This document shows positions 1-11,854 of a stretch of 32,934 nt of DNA, one piece after another. The stretch spans positions 1 through 32,934 of the forward strand of contig RBNJ01000328.1 in assembly GCA_003990765.1 (NCBI GenBank). Reading direction: 5' to 3'. The position numbers and the translations under genes are program-made. This DNA is from Jimgerdemannia flammicorona (lineage: Eukaryota). How positions within the stretch are numbered: the stretch's first letter is position 1; each line of letters begins with the position of its first letter. A model generated the notes under the pieces. The model ran no database searches, was not told the DNA's origin, and was given only the letters and a program-made list of their open reading frames with translations.

Positions 1-183
1 TTTTTTTTTTTTTTTTTTTTTTTTTTTGGCTTAATAACAATAGAGCCGTTGTCTCAATGGGCTTTTATTCATATTTTCTACACTTGGCAACGACATATTA
101 TAAACAACAATAACAATGATAAACTGAATCGAAATCATAGGATCTAACGCTGTCGCTCATCAAACTTTCCCTTGGCTAGCCAG

Positions 184-2716
184 TTACAACTCATTCTTCT
201 TCTCGACAGCATCGGAGGGCTGCTCATTTGCTTGCTCAGTCCAACCATCGCCAAAGGGTTCGCATTTGGGGCACCACTGCTTGTGAAGCAGGCGGACGAT
301 GTTCTTGGAGGAAATGGTCTCGGTCTCCATAGTCTGTTTCATGTATTAAAGTGAGCAGAAGAAAGGCGTGAATTGAGAACCCATCAATCATATGTTACGA
401 AGGGTCCAGTCAGCACCAGCAAGTGACGTTCCGATGGCACTTACCGAAATCCAATTCTCGAATGCATTCACGTAAAACACACCGCCATCGCCCTCGCCCT
501 CGTGCTCCTCGTCCAGAACGATGGGCGGCCACTTGAGCGCGAACGGGCCGACCTTGGTCGGCACCTCCTCTGTGACCTCCTTGACTTCGACCTTCTTCTG
601 GGGCAGGACTCCCCATTCCCTGAGGAAGTTCGTAAATATGTCGCGTAGGGTCGAGATGCTCAGGCTACTTTGCTTGGCGGCCTCGATACGGTTCTTGGCG
701 GCCATCTTCTCGTACTCCGCGTCCAAGATGGGGATCAGGGTCGGGTAGGCCTGCCAGGCGTGCCGGAAAGTCCAAGAGCGGCTAACGAAGAGGGAGTCGA
801 GAAGCGAATCCGAAATCTCTTTGTTCGAGAAAATCTTGACGATGGACTCTTTCGAGTCGTTATGGAAGTGGTGCTCGGCGAACGTCGTGAAAGGGTATTG
901 GCCGCCGGGGAAGTGGGTCGTGTCCGCGGTGGTGACGACCATGTTGGGGAGGGTTTCCAGGTTGTCCACGCCAAAGTAGGAGGGGTCGCGCTGGCCAGCC
1001 ACGAAGGTCACGTGGATGGTCTCGAATGCTGGGGGGTTATCGAGCAGGGCACTGGCGGCGCTGCTGGGAACATTGTTGAAATTGATGTTGGCATTGTGCT
1101 GTTGTGGTGAAAAAAAGCGGGAGGCTTGAATAGGTATGCAAAGAGAAATGGTCAACACACCGAACTAAGGCATTAAAAAAAAAAAAACTACTCACCACTG
1201 GTGCCGCAACGATAACGGCATCAAACATCTCCTTCTCCCCCCCCTCACTTTCTACCTCGTATACGGTTGTCCCGGTCTTCTTATCTACTAACTTCTTGAT
1301 CCCGACGACCCTCGTCTCGAGTCTTAGCTTGGCGCCAGACTCCTCAATAAATTTCTGGAAAATTTGCCAGTTCCCACCCTTGACGCTCTTGGCGCCATTC
1401 GCGGCCATGCTGACGAGCGCGCCCAAGGCGTGGATCCTGTCGATGTTCTGGCCATAGTTGACGCGCGTGGCCGACTGTACGATCTGCTCAATATACGAGG
1501 CCTTCACGTGCGAATCCGTGATCAGGTAGTGCCGCGCCGTCCGGCTCGTTTCCTCCCCAAAGTTCAAGAAGCTGGTCAGCGTCTTGAGGTTGGTGAACGC
1601 GGGAAAGAACGAGTGATCGTATGCGTAGGCGAGACGATCGGTGGCGGAGAGGACGAGGTTGCGAACCTGCGCGATGGAGGTGGAGACACCAACGAGTGCC
1701 ATGAAGTGAGAACCCTGGATAAATGCAGTGGAAGCTGTATAATACACGACGCTGACCACTATATATATACAGCATTCCCATTTTAGCCGATGGCCAATCT
1801 GCCAAGCGGTTCTACCCGGCTATTCTCACGGAAGTTCCTACCAAAGCTTGTAATCTGATATCTTACTTACCCTGAACGGCGCAATACCGTACCTGAAGAG
1901 ACCCTTGGCCGTATCCCACCACGAATTCCCCGTCTCTTGAAAGATGAATTCTTTCCCGTTCCAAAGACCTGGGATGAAATAGATGATTCGCGATGGTTTG
2001 TGAAAGGAGGACAAAAACATCGGAGGTAAAAGGGAGACCAAGCTAAAAAAAAAAAAAAATCATGTCCAACTATTTACACCAAAGAACCCCCATCGCACTC
2101 ACCAAACCTCGAATCCACACTCCCGAGCTTTTTCAGCTCCAGCCCAAATTTCTTCGTGGCGTTCATCATGTTCCAGTTGACCTCCACGAAAATGGAGGCG
2201 CCAAGTTCAGCAACACCGTTGGCGGGGTCATCCATGATGGGAATTGTGATGCTGCGGCCCCCGACGCGATCAAGGGCCTCGAACACGGTGGAGGAGATCT
2301 TGATGTCGCCCGAGGAGGGGAACGCCCTGGAGAGCCAGTAAGCCGCGGACGAGCCGCCGGCACCGGAGCCTTTGAGAAAGAGGAGAACCCAAGCGAGTGG
2401 GTTAATCGCAGTGCCTGTCACATGCGGAAAAGGACTTCGCACATTCCTCTCGTGCTCTTTTGTGGCTACATGACGGTGATATCCACTGCACGTGCTCGTG
2501 TACTTCACGCATCGAACCAGACGAGGTAACAAAACCACCATTTCGGCATTTTTCTCTACTATTGGCTTTCCATCTTTGTATCAAATAAAACTTACCAATA
2601 ATGGCGACCCTTTTCTCAACCACGGGCTGGGCCTCAATGGCATTGATGGATACCAGGCAAAGCGAAAGGACGGCAGAGACAAGGACACGCCTCATATGTA
2701 TCTTGTGGTGGGTCAT
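184..2716 (-). CDS. Prenylcysteine oxidase / farnesylcysteine lyase (PCYOX1-like flavoprotein), 6 exons
   Basis: Manual GT-AG splicing: 2716(or 2695)-2596, 2369-2103, 1968-1871, 1666-1196, 1098-445, 333-184. Shows a signal peptide, FAD motif RVAIIG/SGAGGSSAAY, RVGGR, ELGASIFVEVNWNM, TRVNYGQN, SVKGGNWQIF, AYPTL, FYVNAFENWIS/TMETETISSKNIVRLL, and C-terminal KKNEL. Confidence 0.93.
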
Positions 2717-3326
2717 TTCTGGAATCTTCAGAATGTCAACGAAGGTTGTCCGCGACATTCCTGATATATACGACGGATGGCTTGTGTCACGTGAGTAGAC
2801 ACCGTGCTCCGTTGATACGCTAACTTGCAACACAAGAAGCGTCCTCGCAGAACGACCTCTTCCACAACAAGCCAATTCTAGCGGTACAACTCCATCATTC
2901 GAAGCATTGGCTCACAAGGCAAGTCATAGATACCCGCTCATTCACACGAGAAAGAGGGCATTGCCGAACCCCATAGTGTCCCTTCTTTATTTTGGGTTTC
3001 ATGCCGCTGACAATTTTCGTGACCGAGGAGAACACACTGCTCGGATATAAGTAACCAAGGTATCGCATCTTAATGCGATCAGGTATCGAATAGGTGATGT
3101 CTGCCAAAAACCCAAAAATCACTTCTTTTGACGCTTGTCCTTTGCACACCGAAACTCAGCTATGAACCTTACGAATCTACCCATCAACTTGATATGGACC
3201 TCGACTCTGACGCCTTTGTCCCCGGCTGGTCAGTGCTTCTCACCCTTCAAATTCTCGCGCCCCCGTTTCCATTCTATCCTCAGCCGCTCTTCAACCTCAC
3301 AACCAGACGTCCTCCGCATCGCCGCA

Positions 3327-4088
3327 ATGATCGAGCCTCACATCAATCCGCGCACCCTCGATGACCTCCACAATCTCTATAAGCCGATTCCTTCACCCCC
3401 CCCCTCCCCGCGTGACCCTCTCCATAAACGCCAACCCGCAAAGCCTGTCCTCGCCCTCTCTCTCTCCAACCAGTACGAGGTCGACAAGGCTATCCACTCG
3501 GGCGCTCTCATCATCCACCTCCAGCGCTCCTGCCAGTCCCTGCACACCTCCCGCGCCCGCGCCACCTCGGGTTTGCGCCGCCTCCACCTTTCACAGTTGT
3601 TCGCCACCACTTCCGCCTTGGGCTGTATTCTGACAGCCTCCTACGTCCGCCTTGCTCGCCCCCGCGGTGGGTTCTTGGGCCTTCCCGAGGCCGCGCGCCG
3701 CTGGACCCACGATCGAATCAAGCAAGAGTTGAGCAACGGACCCCTCGCCGAGATCCCCCTGCCCTTCGCCCGTGGCCGCACCGTGTCCACTCCGCGCAAG
3801 GTGCTCATCTTGGGCGGCGCCGTCGCTGTACTGGCCTCGACCATCGTGCTGGCCGTGCAGCTCGCGAGGAGGTACCGCGCCGACTACACTCACCTTGAGA
3901 TTGAGGATGTCGATGACGTGACAGGCGAGGTCGTGAAGGAGCATTTCTTGGTCAGAAATGACGCGTTGAGGAGGCCCATCGGCGTGAGGAGCGTGCTCCT
4001 GGAGAGGGCGCCGTTCTATGCCGGAGTGATGGGGACGGCTATGTGGACGGGGAGGAAGGTCGCTGAGTGGGTGGATGCGGTGTGGTAG
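3327..4088 (+). CDS. Hypothetical membrane protein (~253 aa; in-frame upstream ATG at 3162 also possible)
   Basis: Long GC-rich open frame with C/G-ending codons like the neighbouring genes. Two to three hydrophobic segments (LFATTSALGCILTASYV; VLILGGAVAVLASTIVLAVQLA; FYAGVMGTAMW). No family recognised. Confidence 0.7.
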   Translation: MIEPHINPRTLDDLHNLYKPIPSPPPSPRDPLHKRQPAKPVLALSLSNQYEVDKAIHSGALIIHLQRSCQSLHTSRARATSGLRRLHLSQLFATTSALGCILTASYVRLARPRGGFLGLPEAARRWTHDRIKQELSNGPLAEIPLPFARGRTVSTPRKVLILGGAVAVLASTIVLAVQLARRYRADYTHLEIEDVDDVTGEVVKEHFLVRNDALRRPIGVRSVLLERAPFYAGVMGTAMWTGRKVAEWVDAVW

Positions 4089-4393
4089 GCTGGATGGTGG
4101 AGCTGCTCGGGAATGGGTCCACAATTGGTGAATTTCAAATTCCTAAGATGTACCTTCTCCAGATATTTTTGCATCGCCATAGCTTGTACATTCCACACAG
4201 ATGTGTTACACCCAGGACGCTATTTTCGACTAAAACCCCTAATTTTTAATTGTGTGACCACGTCTCTTGAAGTTATACAGTATAAAATAAAGATGCGAAG
4301 CCGTAGACAACGGAGACACTGGACCAGAATCTATCCTTGTCCTTGTTATATCGAATAAATAGCACCACGATCGTACACCTCCTCGCCATCCCG

Positions 4394-5579
4394 TCACTCC
4401 GCCTTCTTTCCCTTCTTCCCCTTCTTGCCAGTCTTATCCACCTTCTCAGTCGGAACCACGACCGGAGCCTCCACTACATCCTGATCTTGAGACGACGGCC
4501 GGAAGAAAAGTAATGCGATGCCACCCACAAACCAGGCCACCACGGCGTACATGAACCAGCGCATGATGTCGTTGCCGTGGTTGATGATAGAAACGGCAGT
4601 TGCGCCAATCCAGCCCAAGGTCCTACCGCTGCAAGGGCATAGGGCCAGGGAGAGAGCAGAAATAGGATATGAGCAGATGATCGTTAAACTGACGAGAATG
4701 TTCCCGCATTTGGTTATAATGATGAATCCTTGGAGAGGCGACTGGGTGGGGGTAAGAAATGGAAGACGATACTCACAGGATCGAGAAAGGCGACACAGCG
4801 CCGTCCCAAACCTTGACATCCTTCCATTGGCTTTTTTGGAGGAGATCGAGGACACCCTGGGCCGATTCCCGATCGAATACAACTTCGCGGACTAATGGTA
4901 CCATGCAAGCACGAAACACGGAGGGAACAAACAACGGCAGCTTTCAGCTATCCAGTCAATCCAGCCCCACTGTCAGTGTCGCCGCAAAACTCCATTAAAC
5001 ACGCCGCATTTCGCACACTCATTATTAACTTTAACGTCACAATGCCACTCGGGAATATCCGCCGAGACTACCTACCCTTCCTATCCTTGATGTGGAAGAA
5101 AGACGGCAACGCCGTCACCACGAACCGGGCCATCAGCGCGGGGTTGTCATCGATGTTGACCTTCGCGACCCAAATTTGCCGGTCGTATTGCTTCATTGCG
5201 AACGCCGCAGAATTGTACAGCGGCCCGAAGCGTTTGCAAGCGCCACACCAGGGGGCGTAGCTTTTGCGTTGGAGGAAGGCGATGGGGTAGGATTGATTTT
5301 TGGGTAAATCGGAGCTTGAGATCAGAACTCGACGTCTCAGTTGCAATCAGTATTGGAAATGCGGAAACCTCCTCGTAAACTTTGAGCGCCAACCCGTAAC
5401 CTCTACACCTACAACTCGACAAGCCACTCGCCGCCAGCGCCGACTTTTTCGTCAAAGGTCGCATCGGTCAGGTCGGTGACAAAGTTGGGCTGGGGGACGT
5501 CTTGCTGTGCTATCGCCCGTGCAAAAATAAGTAGAAAGGCGAGCACAACCAGGAACAAAATACCGTTGGGAGACCTCAT
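4394..5579 (-). CDS. Thioredoxin-related transmembrane protein (TMX1-like ER oxidoreductase), 4 exons
   Basis: Exons 5579-5413, 5260-5076, 4891-4777, 4628-4394. Signal peptide MRSPNGILFLVVLAFLLIFARA, thioredoxin fold LTDATFD..WLVEF/YAPWCGACKRF..VAKVNID..ARFVVTALPSFFHIKD, C-terminal transmembrane helix, and di-lysine ER-retrieval tail KKAE. Confidence 0.9.
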
Positions 5580-6046
5580 TGTGGTTGAATAGGAAAGATT
5601 GTTGTCGTTATCGTTAACTTGCGGATCTGCTCGAGTAGTATCTTCAGCAACCTTCCCTAGTTGTCTCTCAGTTTCTGTACGATGAGGCGGACAATGACAT
5701 AACGGAGTGCCAGATGAGCTACACGCATTGATAGTCAGAGACTGGGGGTGAGTCCCAAGTAAAGATACGCCACACAAACATTGGAAAAACGGTAGACATT
5801 ACAAGGTGGCTCGTAATCAACGAATGGAGCATGCTCCCCACCTTGGCCAACATTGTCAAAGCGATAATGACATGGTTCTGAACGCTCCCCGCTACTGAGA
5901 ATGAGAGACAGACCTTTAACGACCGACTCAAATGCGTAGTGTTCCACAACCCGTGTATCATTCGCCACGTGAAGTTATATAATTTTCCTTACCTGTGACG
6001 TCATCGAGACTTTTTCTGGTTGATCGCCAGATATGTATCTAGTTAC

Positions 6047-6120
6047 AAGAAAGAATAGAACTCGAGCCTAGTGCTCAATGGGAACAAAAAAAAAAAGAAA
6101 GAAAAGAAAGAATAGAACTC
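6047..6120 (+). mobile_element. Tiny A-tailed insertion (~40 bp) flanked by a 17-bp direct repeat
   Basis: AAGAAAGAATAGAACTC at 6047-6063 and 6104-6120 brackets GAGCCTAGTGCTCAATGGGAAC plus an A-rich tail. Confidence 0.55.
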
Positions 6121-6345
6121 CAGAACAAGAAAAATATTAACAAACTTGTGTCATACTTTTATTTTCTAGTTATTTATCTATAAAAATATGAAGCTCTTTT
6201 TTTATTTAAGTATTAGAGTATAAAGTTCAATTTTTTTTTAAAATTGATTACTTTTTATATATATTAAGAAAAATTAAGAATTGAGAAAAAATACTATTGA
6301 TAATAAACTACTATTTACTTTACAAGATTATAAAAAACTCTATTG

Positions 6346-6347
6346 TA

Positions 6348-6382
<35 letters not shown>

Positions 6383-6383
6383 T
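6346..6383. repeat. (TTA)n microsatellite within an AT-rich island (~6130-6560)
   Basis: About 10-11 consecutive TTA units read directly. Confidence 0.9.
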
Positions 6384-6881
6384 AACTAGGTTTAAATTTA
6401 TAGTTTTTATATTTCTTGAAAGAAATATTTATTATATATATCAGAACTTACATTTTGAAGCTGAAGTTGATAGTTCTCAAATTATTGCAACTGATGTTTG
6501 AGATAAGTAATATCCTTTTATCTTATTTTTTTTTATTTTTTATTTTTTTTTTTTTAATAAGATTAAGTCCTTGCAGATTTTTATTGAAAGTTTGCCATGG
6601 CTTTGTTGGATAGGGCTGCCCTTGGAGACACCGGTTGGACTATGATAATTGAAGACAATGGCTAGTCATGGACAATACTGAGCTCGACTCAATGCATCCG
6701 AAACAAGCTATGTATCGGAGACGCTATTCACCAAGTTACACGATTGTGTGATGATCAGTATAGGTGCTTATGTATCGGAATGAGTGGCCATATGGCATGG
6801 CATACATGTCCAAGGTCGAGTGAAGGAACGAGCAGAACAAGGATGGCAGGAATGAAATACAACATTACAAAGAGAATGACA

Positions 6882-6890
6882 ACAAACAAA

Positions 6891-6939
<49 letters not shown>
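6882..6939. repeat. (CAAA)n followed by poly(A) tract
   Basis: Direct reading; about 48 A. Confidence 0.95.
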
Positions 6940-6944
<5 letters not shown>

Positions 6945-7209
6945 CGAAATGGCAAAATGAAAAGCGACCGTAATAAAAGTAAGTGACCATCACTTCGCTT
7001 CTACAACTTTGACCAATAATCACAAGATACAGATAAAAAAATACAATAATAAAAACCCACGTTGAACCTATATGGGTACAGGGTGGGGAGAATTTCTTCC
7101 GGAAACTTGAGCAACATTGTTCCAGATAAAAAGATGCAAAGATGCACGAATACCCGCGTTTCCCACCTCAATTTTCCCCTGCACACTACGCAACCATTAC
7201 ATAATCATC

Positions 7210-9370
7210 TCACCACATATCCATCACGGGCCTGTCCCTCCTCCGCGCGCCGACTTTTGGACTCCCATTCTCAAGCTCCGACTCGGTCTTTAGCTCAATC
7301 TCTTCATCCGATGCCAGCTCGTCTAACTCGTTGATAAACTCCGGTTCATCCTTCCTCTCCAGCTCCGCGTCCTCATCCTCGTACACCTCTTCATAAATCC
7401 CCGGACTCAATGATACCTCATCCACACCCACCCACTCACCGCCCTCTCTCCGATGCTCCTCCCACCCCGTGCTGCCACTCTTTTTGAACCTGGGCGCGCT
7501 CTTGACGAACATCATGATAGTCTGCGCGGCTGCTGCGGTGGGCGAACTGAGCAGCTCGCCAGATGCCGTGACGTACCGCTCGCCGGACTCGTCCTGGAGC
7601 ATGTAGGCGGGCACGGAGTCAGAGTCGGAGTCAGAGAGCGGATAGGAGTATTGTGAGGGTGTATCCCCCTCGCTCCGGAGGATGTCGGAGTACGTGAAGG
7701 GTGGCTCGTAGAAATCCGCTGTGGTGTCGGCGAGGACGGGGCGCTTGGAAGAGGACCGGATGCCCCCGGGACCTGATCGGCAGTGCGACGAGTGCGTCAG
7801 CGGGTAGACGCCTTCGTCGTCCTGGGGACTATCGTGACGACCAGAGGAAGAGGAGGAAGGAGGGGGCGAAGATGGGTCCACCTCGCGAGAGGCGAATGGC
7901 TTGCGTGTCCTGGTGGAGGAGGCAGCCACTTGACGGAACCGGGCCAAGCGTTGTTTCGGGTTAGGTTTCGCGCTCGAGGTGGAGACGACGGGCAACTCCA
8001 GCAGCACGGCGCCTGTAGGCGGAGTGGGCGGGAATAGTTCAATGCTTGACTCGGACGATGACGCGGAGACAGCGCTGGCGATGGAAGGGTCGCGCTTCCG
8101 CTTCTTGTCATACGAAACGGTCTCGCCGCAGGCGGTGCCGCGCGCGACGGGTGTCAGGGGCGCGAGGTGCTGCCTGGATGCTAGCGCAGAGGGTAAGTCG
8201 GGCACCAGGTCGTCGACGTCAAAGTTGAGGGCGTTGGCGATGGCAGGGAGCTTGACGGCCTCGACAGAGGAGATGAAGGGACCCAGAAGATCGTGCGGGC
8301 TATTAAGGGCCTGGGCCTGGAAGCGTTCCTCAAAGGCCGGTAGAGGCTGCAGGACGCGGCTCTCGTTGATGGCGTGTCTGCGCTCGCAATCTCTTTTGGC
8401 CGAGCGGGACCTTGCCTCGCGGCGGCGGAGTCGGCAACGTTCCTCGAGCTCGGCCGTCGAGAGTTGGACGGCGCTGGCTTGCTTCCGCGCGAGGGCCAGG
8501 CCGTGGGTCTTTATCAGGTGCATGTGCGCGTCCGCGTGGACGGTGTCATTACGGCGCTGTTTGGGTTTGGAGACGTGGTTTGGTGTCGTCGCGTGGTTCG
8601 GTATCGTCGCGTAGTGACGGAAGCGCACGTTGTCTGCGAGTGCGGGGGGTTCGCTAAATTGCGGGACCGTCAAGTGGGTTTTTCTTGGTGATTGTTGCGC
8701 GATAATCGGCGTAGATCTCGCAGACACCTCCATGGAGCCCGGGACGGTCAAAGACGGGGTGGATGCCCGAGTGGAGACGGATGAACTGGCACGAGGCAGA
8801 TTCACGAGAGGCGCGCCCGGGGAATGACCAAGCTGCTTAAGGCGCCATAGCGTTTCGACCGTAGTCAGGCTGCGCGCTTCCCAGCCATTCTCGAGCTTGA
8901 ATTGGGCAAATTTTAGACGCGTTTTTAGGCTGCGGAGGTGCTGCGATCGACGAAAAAAGGGGAACGGAGGAGACCATGAATAATGTGAGCGATGTTGGAT
9001 TGGGCGAGAAAAACGGTTTGTCGGAATGAATGACAGTGGGACAATACACGCGTGCGCGCGCGCATTTCGCGAGTTACGAGTTGCGCGACACGCCAACATG
9101 CATCCAACAGAGGTCAATAGACATCATGAAAAAACCAACCTTCGTCAGTTCAACGCGCTTCAGCACGTTATCCACAGCGATACTTCTGCCCACCATGTCC
9201 GCCTCCGAGTCCTCCTCAGTTTCCTGCATTGGTGCGCGGTTTTCCTTTTCCTCGTCCACGTAATCGTACTCGTCGTCGTCTGAGAAGGCGATCAGCTGGG
9301 GTTCCTCGACTTTGTTGTCAGCGCGTTCCAGCGTTAGTGCCGCGTCGACGATATGTTCTAGGGTAAGCAT
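7210..9370 (-). CDS. Whi5/Nrm1-family G1/S transcriptional repressor-like protein, 2 exons
   Basis: Exons 9370-9140 and 8940-7210 (AAG|GTTGGT...TCGCAG|CAC). Contains LRSLKTRLKFAQFKLENGWEARSLTTVE, matching the Whi5/Nrm1/Srl3 GTB motif. The rest is low-complexity with many S/T-P sites. Confidence 0.7.
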
Positions 9371-9831
9371 TGTTCGTATCCGTCTGAGCGCGAGCAGGTG
9401 ACTCGGGTGGAAATACTATGGTGGTGTGGGAAATGATCGGATGAGAGAGAGATGGATTGAACGCGATTTGGAGGGAATACGCTGAGCGCGTACTGAACAG
9501 ACGGAGAGAGACGCGTCGCGAGGGTGAGTGTGACTATGGACAAGGGTGACGTGGTGGTTGCAGCGGAGAAGGGTGACGTGGTGGTGTTGCAGGTGTTGCA
9601 ACAATGATGGGGAAATTTTCTCAACAATAAGCCCCAAGAACAGAGCAAGAACAGGGCGGGCGTTCAATCTCGCCAAAATCAATCTTGGATAGTTTGCTCC
9701 AACCAAGAGTAGCGTGTGCACCATCTAAGGTTCAGACGTGTTGGACACGTGGTTGTTGATGACGCCATCATTTATTTTCGCCACAAATTTTGTCAGTCAC
9801 AACGCGCAAAATACCACCCATTTGACCTGCC

Positions 9832-11331
9832 ATGTCCGCACGACCCAAACGCTCCAAACCCTCCTACGAAGACGATGATGATTCGAGCATCGGCCCACGT
9901 CGCGGCCCCTCGTCCTCTTTGCGCCGCTCGCCACCCCTCCCAGGCGGCACCTCGGGCAGTAAGAAGCGGGCGCGGTTGACGAAAGCCAATGATGACAATA
10001 GTGGCAGCGATGACGACGAGTTCAACCACGAAGGCTCGCTTGAGACGGCGCGGAAACGTAGAGGTGGCTTGAATTTGGATGGGTATGGGAGCGAGGCGGC
10101 GAGCAGCGGTGGCGAGTCAGACGAGTCCGGCAGGGGCGGCAGGCGGGGTACAAAGGCTAAGGAGGAGGAGGACGATATCGACGACATGTTTGCAGACGTG
10201 GACGACACTCCCAAGAAGGGAAAGAAGCCAGCTGAAGCCGTTGGCGACTCCAAGAAGCTGCGGTATCTGACGCTGGATGAAATTGAGGGCCAGGAGTTTG
10301 CCGAGCCGGACCCGTCGGACCTGCTTGACTCCGACGGCGAGCCGAAGATTGAGCCATTCCACATGCGTGCGGAAATGGAGGAGGGGACGTTTGACGCGTC
10401 GGGCAACTACGTGCGCAACAAACGGGACCCGAACGCGTTCCATGACGGGTGGCTAGCTGGGGTGTCGAGACGGGACATGGAGCGCGCGCGTATGGCTCAC
10501 GAGCGCCAGGAGCGAGCTGAACTCCTGGCACAGGCCGAGAGGGAGGCCGGCGGCGGGCCCAAGACCAGGGACGAGGTGTGGAGGGAGATGGTTGAGATGG
10601 TCAAGCCCGGTGAGACCGTGCTGGAGGCATTGCAGAGGCTGGCGGCTGCGTCGGCGGCGGCCGGAAGGGGGAAGAAGGGAGGTGGTAGGGGGATGCCAGG
10701 GAAGAAGACCGGGGGCGGGTGGAGGGCGAAGCAAGCGGCAGCGAGAGCAAAGGCGGCAGAGATGGACGTGGATGAGGAGGATGGTGGGGAAGGGGGAGGG
10801 GGAGGGAGGGAGAAGGAGAAAGGAAAGGGAAAGGAAAAGGAGAAAGACAAGATGAAGAAAAATGTGACGGAGGAGGAGGCACTTCGTATGAAGGAGATCG
10901 AGCATCTGACGGACCTGAGCGACCGGATGATGGGGTTGGGCTACTTCAACGTGTACGACGACACGTACGAGCTCATGCTGCGACATCTAAGGCGCGAGGG
11001 TATTGTGCCGGCCGACTGGGTACCCCAGAGCGTGCGCCGAGCGGCCGAGGAGGAGGAGGAGGAGCGGGAGAAGCGGGGGAAGGCGACGACGGGGCAGGCG
11101 ACGATTGACGCGCAGCCGGGCACTGCCGCGACAGGCACGGGTCCGCAGTGGGAATATCGGTGGGCGGGCACGGGCGAGGATGCCGAGGTATACGGCCCGT
11201 TCGACGGGTCGCAAATGAAGAGCTGGAGCGAGCAGGGGTTCTTTGCGGCCGGAATCGAAGTACGAAAGGTCGGTGGAGGAGAATGGGGGGGGGAGAACGG
11301 CGTGGAATATGTGGAAGGAAAAAAAGGCTGA
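9832..11331 (+). CDS. LIN1: LIN1/Snu40/CD2BP2 U5 snRNP-associated GYF-domain protein, intronless
   Basis: 499-aa ORF with LDEIEGQE, IEPFHMRAEMEEGTFDASGNYVR, DGWL, VKPGETVLEALQRL, IEHLTDLSDRMMGLGYFNVYDDTYE, and C-terminal GYF domain WEYRW..VYGPFDGSQMKSWSEQGFF. Confidence 0.92.
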   Translation: MSARPKRSKPSYEDDDDSSIGPRRGPSSSLRRSPPLPGGTSGSKKRARLTKANDDNSGSDDDEFNHEGSLETARKRRGGLNLDGYGSEAASSGGESDESGRGGRRGTKAKEEEDDIDDMFADVDDTPKKGKKPAEAVGDSKKLRYLTLDEIEGQEFAEPDPSDLLDSDGEPKIEPFHMRAEMEEGTFDASGNYVRNKRDPNAFHDGWLAGVSRRDMERARMAHERQERAELLAQAEREAGGGPKTRDEVWREMVEMVKPGETVLEALQRLAAASAAAGRGKKGGGRGMPGKKTGGGWRAKQAAARAKAAEMDVDEEDGGEGGGGGREKEKGKGKEKEKDKMKKNVTEEEALRMKEIEHLTDLSDRMMGLGYFNVYDDTYELMLRHLRREGIVPADWVPQSVRRAAEEEEEEREKRGKATTGQATIDAQPGTAATGTGPQWEYRWAGTGEDAEVYGPFDGSQMKSWSEQGFFAAGIEVRKVGGGEWGGENGVEYVEGKKG

Positions 11332-11854
11332 CGCGTTGAAATAGCGTGTTCCATTTGCGAAATGTTTTTGACGAGTTATAATTGTATCTTTACAGTATCC
11401 ATCCTACTTTCAAATTCGTACCACGTATCTGTCGATATTCGTTTAATAGTGTTGTACAAAAACTCCCCAGTTGTGCATCAATCGACCATAGCAAACCAAC
11501 ATCTCAATGTGAATCCATGAATGGCTGTGGCGTTAATTAGTCGTCAGCGCGAATTTACTGATACCTTCGCTATAGGCATTCGTCCCCCTTATATCTGCTC
11601 TCTATGCCGGTAAAAGGCGAGCGGCGGGAGGTCGTGAGTCACGTTGTGCGCGATTTATCGAAAAGTTTGTTGGATATGATGACGGGTTTACAAATGATAC
11701 AAGCGAGAAAAAAGATGAAAACAAAATAGCCTCGAAAAAAAGAGGGAGGGGGAGAGCGAGCCAAAGTAAAAGAGACGTAAACACAGGCCAAATTAGACAA
11801 GACAAGGCGAATAACGAGGTGCTTTTTTCGGCTCATATTCTAGTTCGCGAGCAA

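Noticed and set aside
6130..6560. AT-rich island as an inverted relative of the AT-rich island at ~20880-21420 or as a MITE
   Set aside because: Only patchy similarity expected of low-complexity AT DNA; no TIR or TSD could be established by eye.
6744..6986. Poly-Lys/poly-Phe ORFs here and at 18713-19041, 22723-23020, 24224-24591
   Set aside because: Translations of homopolymer tracts, not genes.
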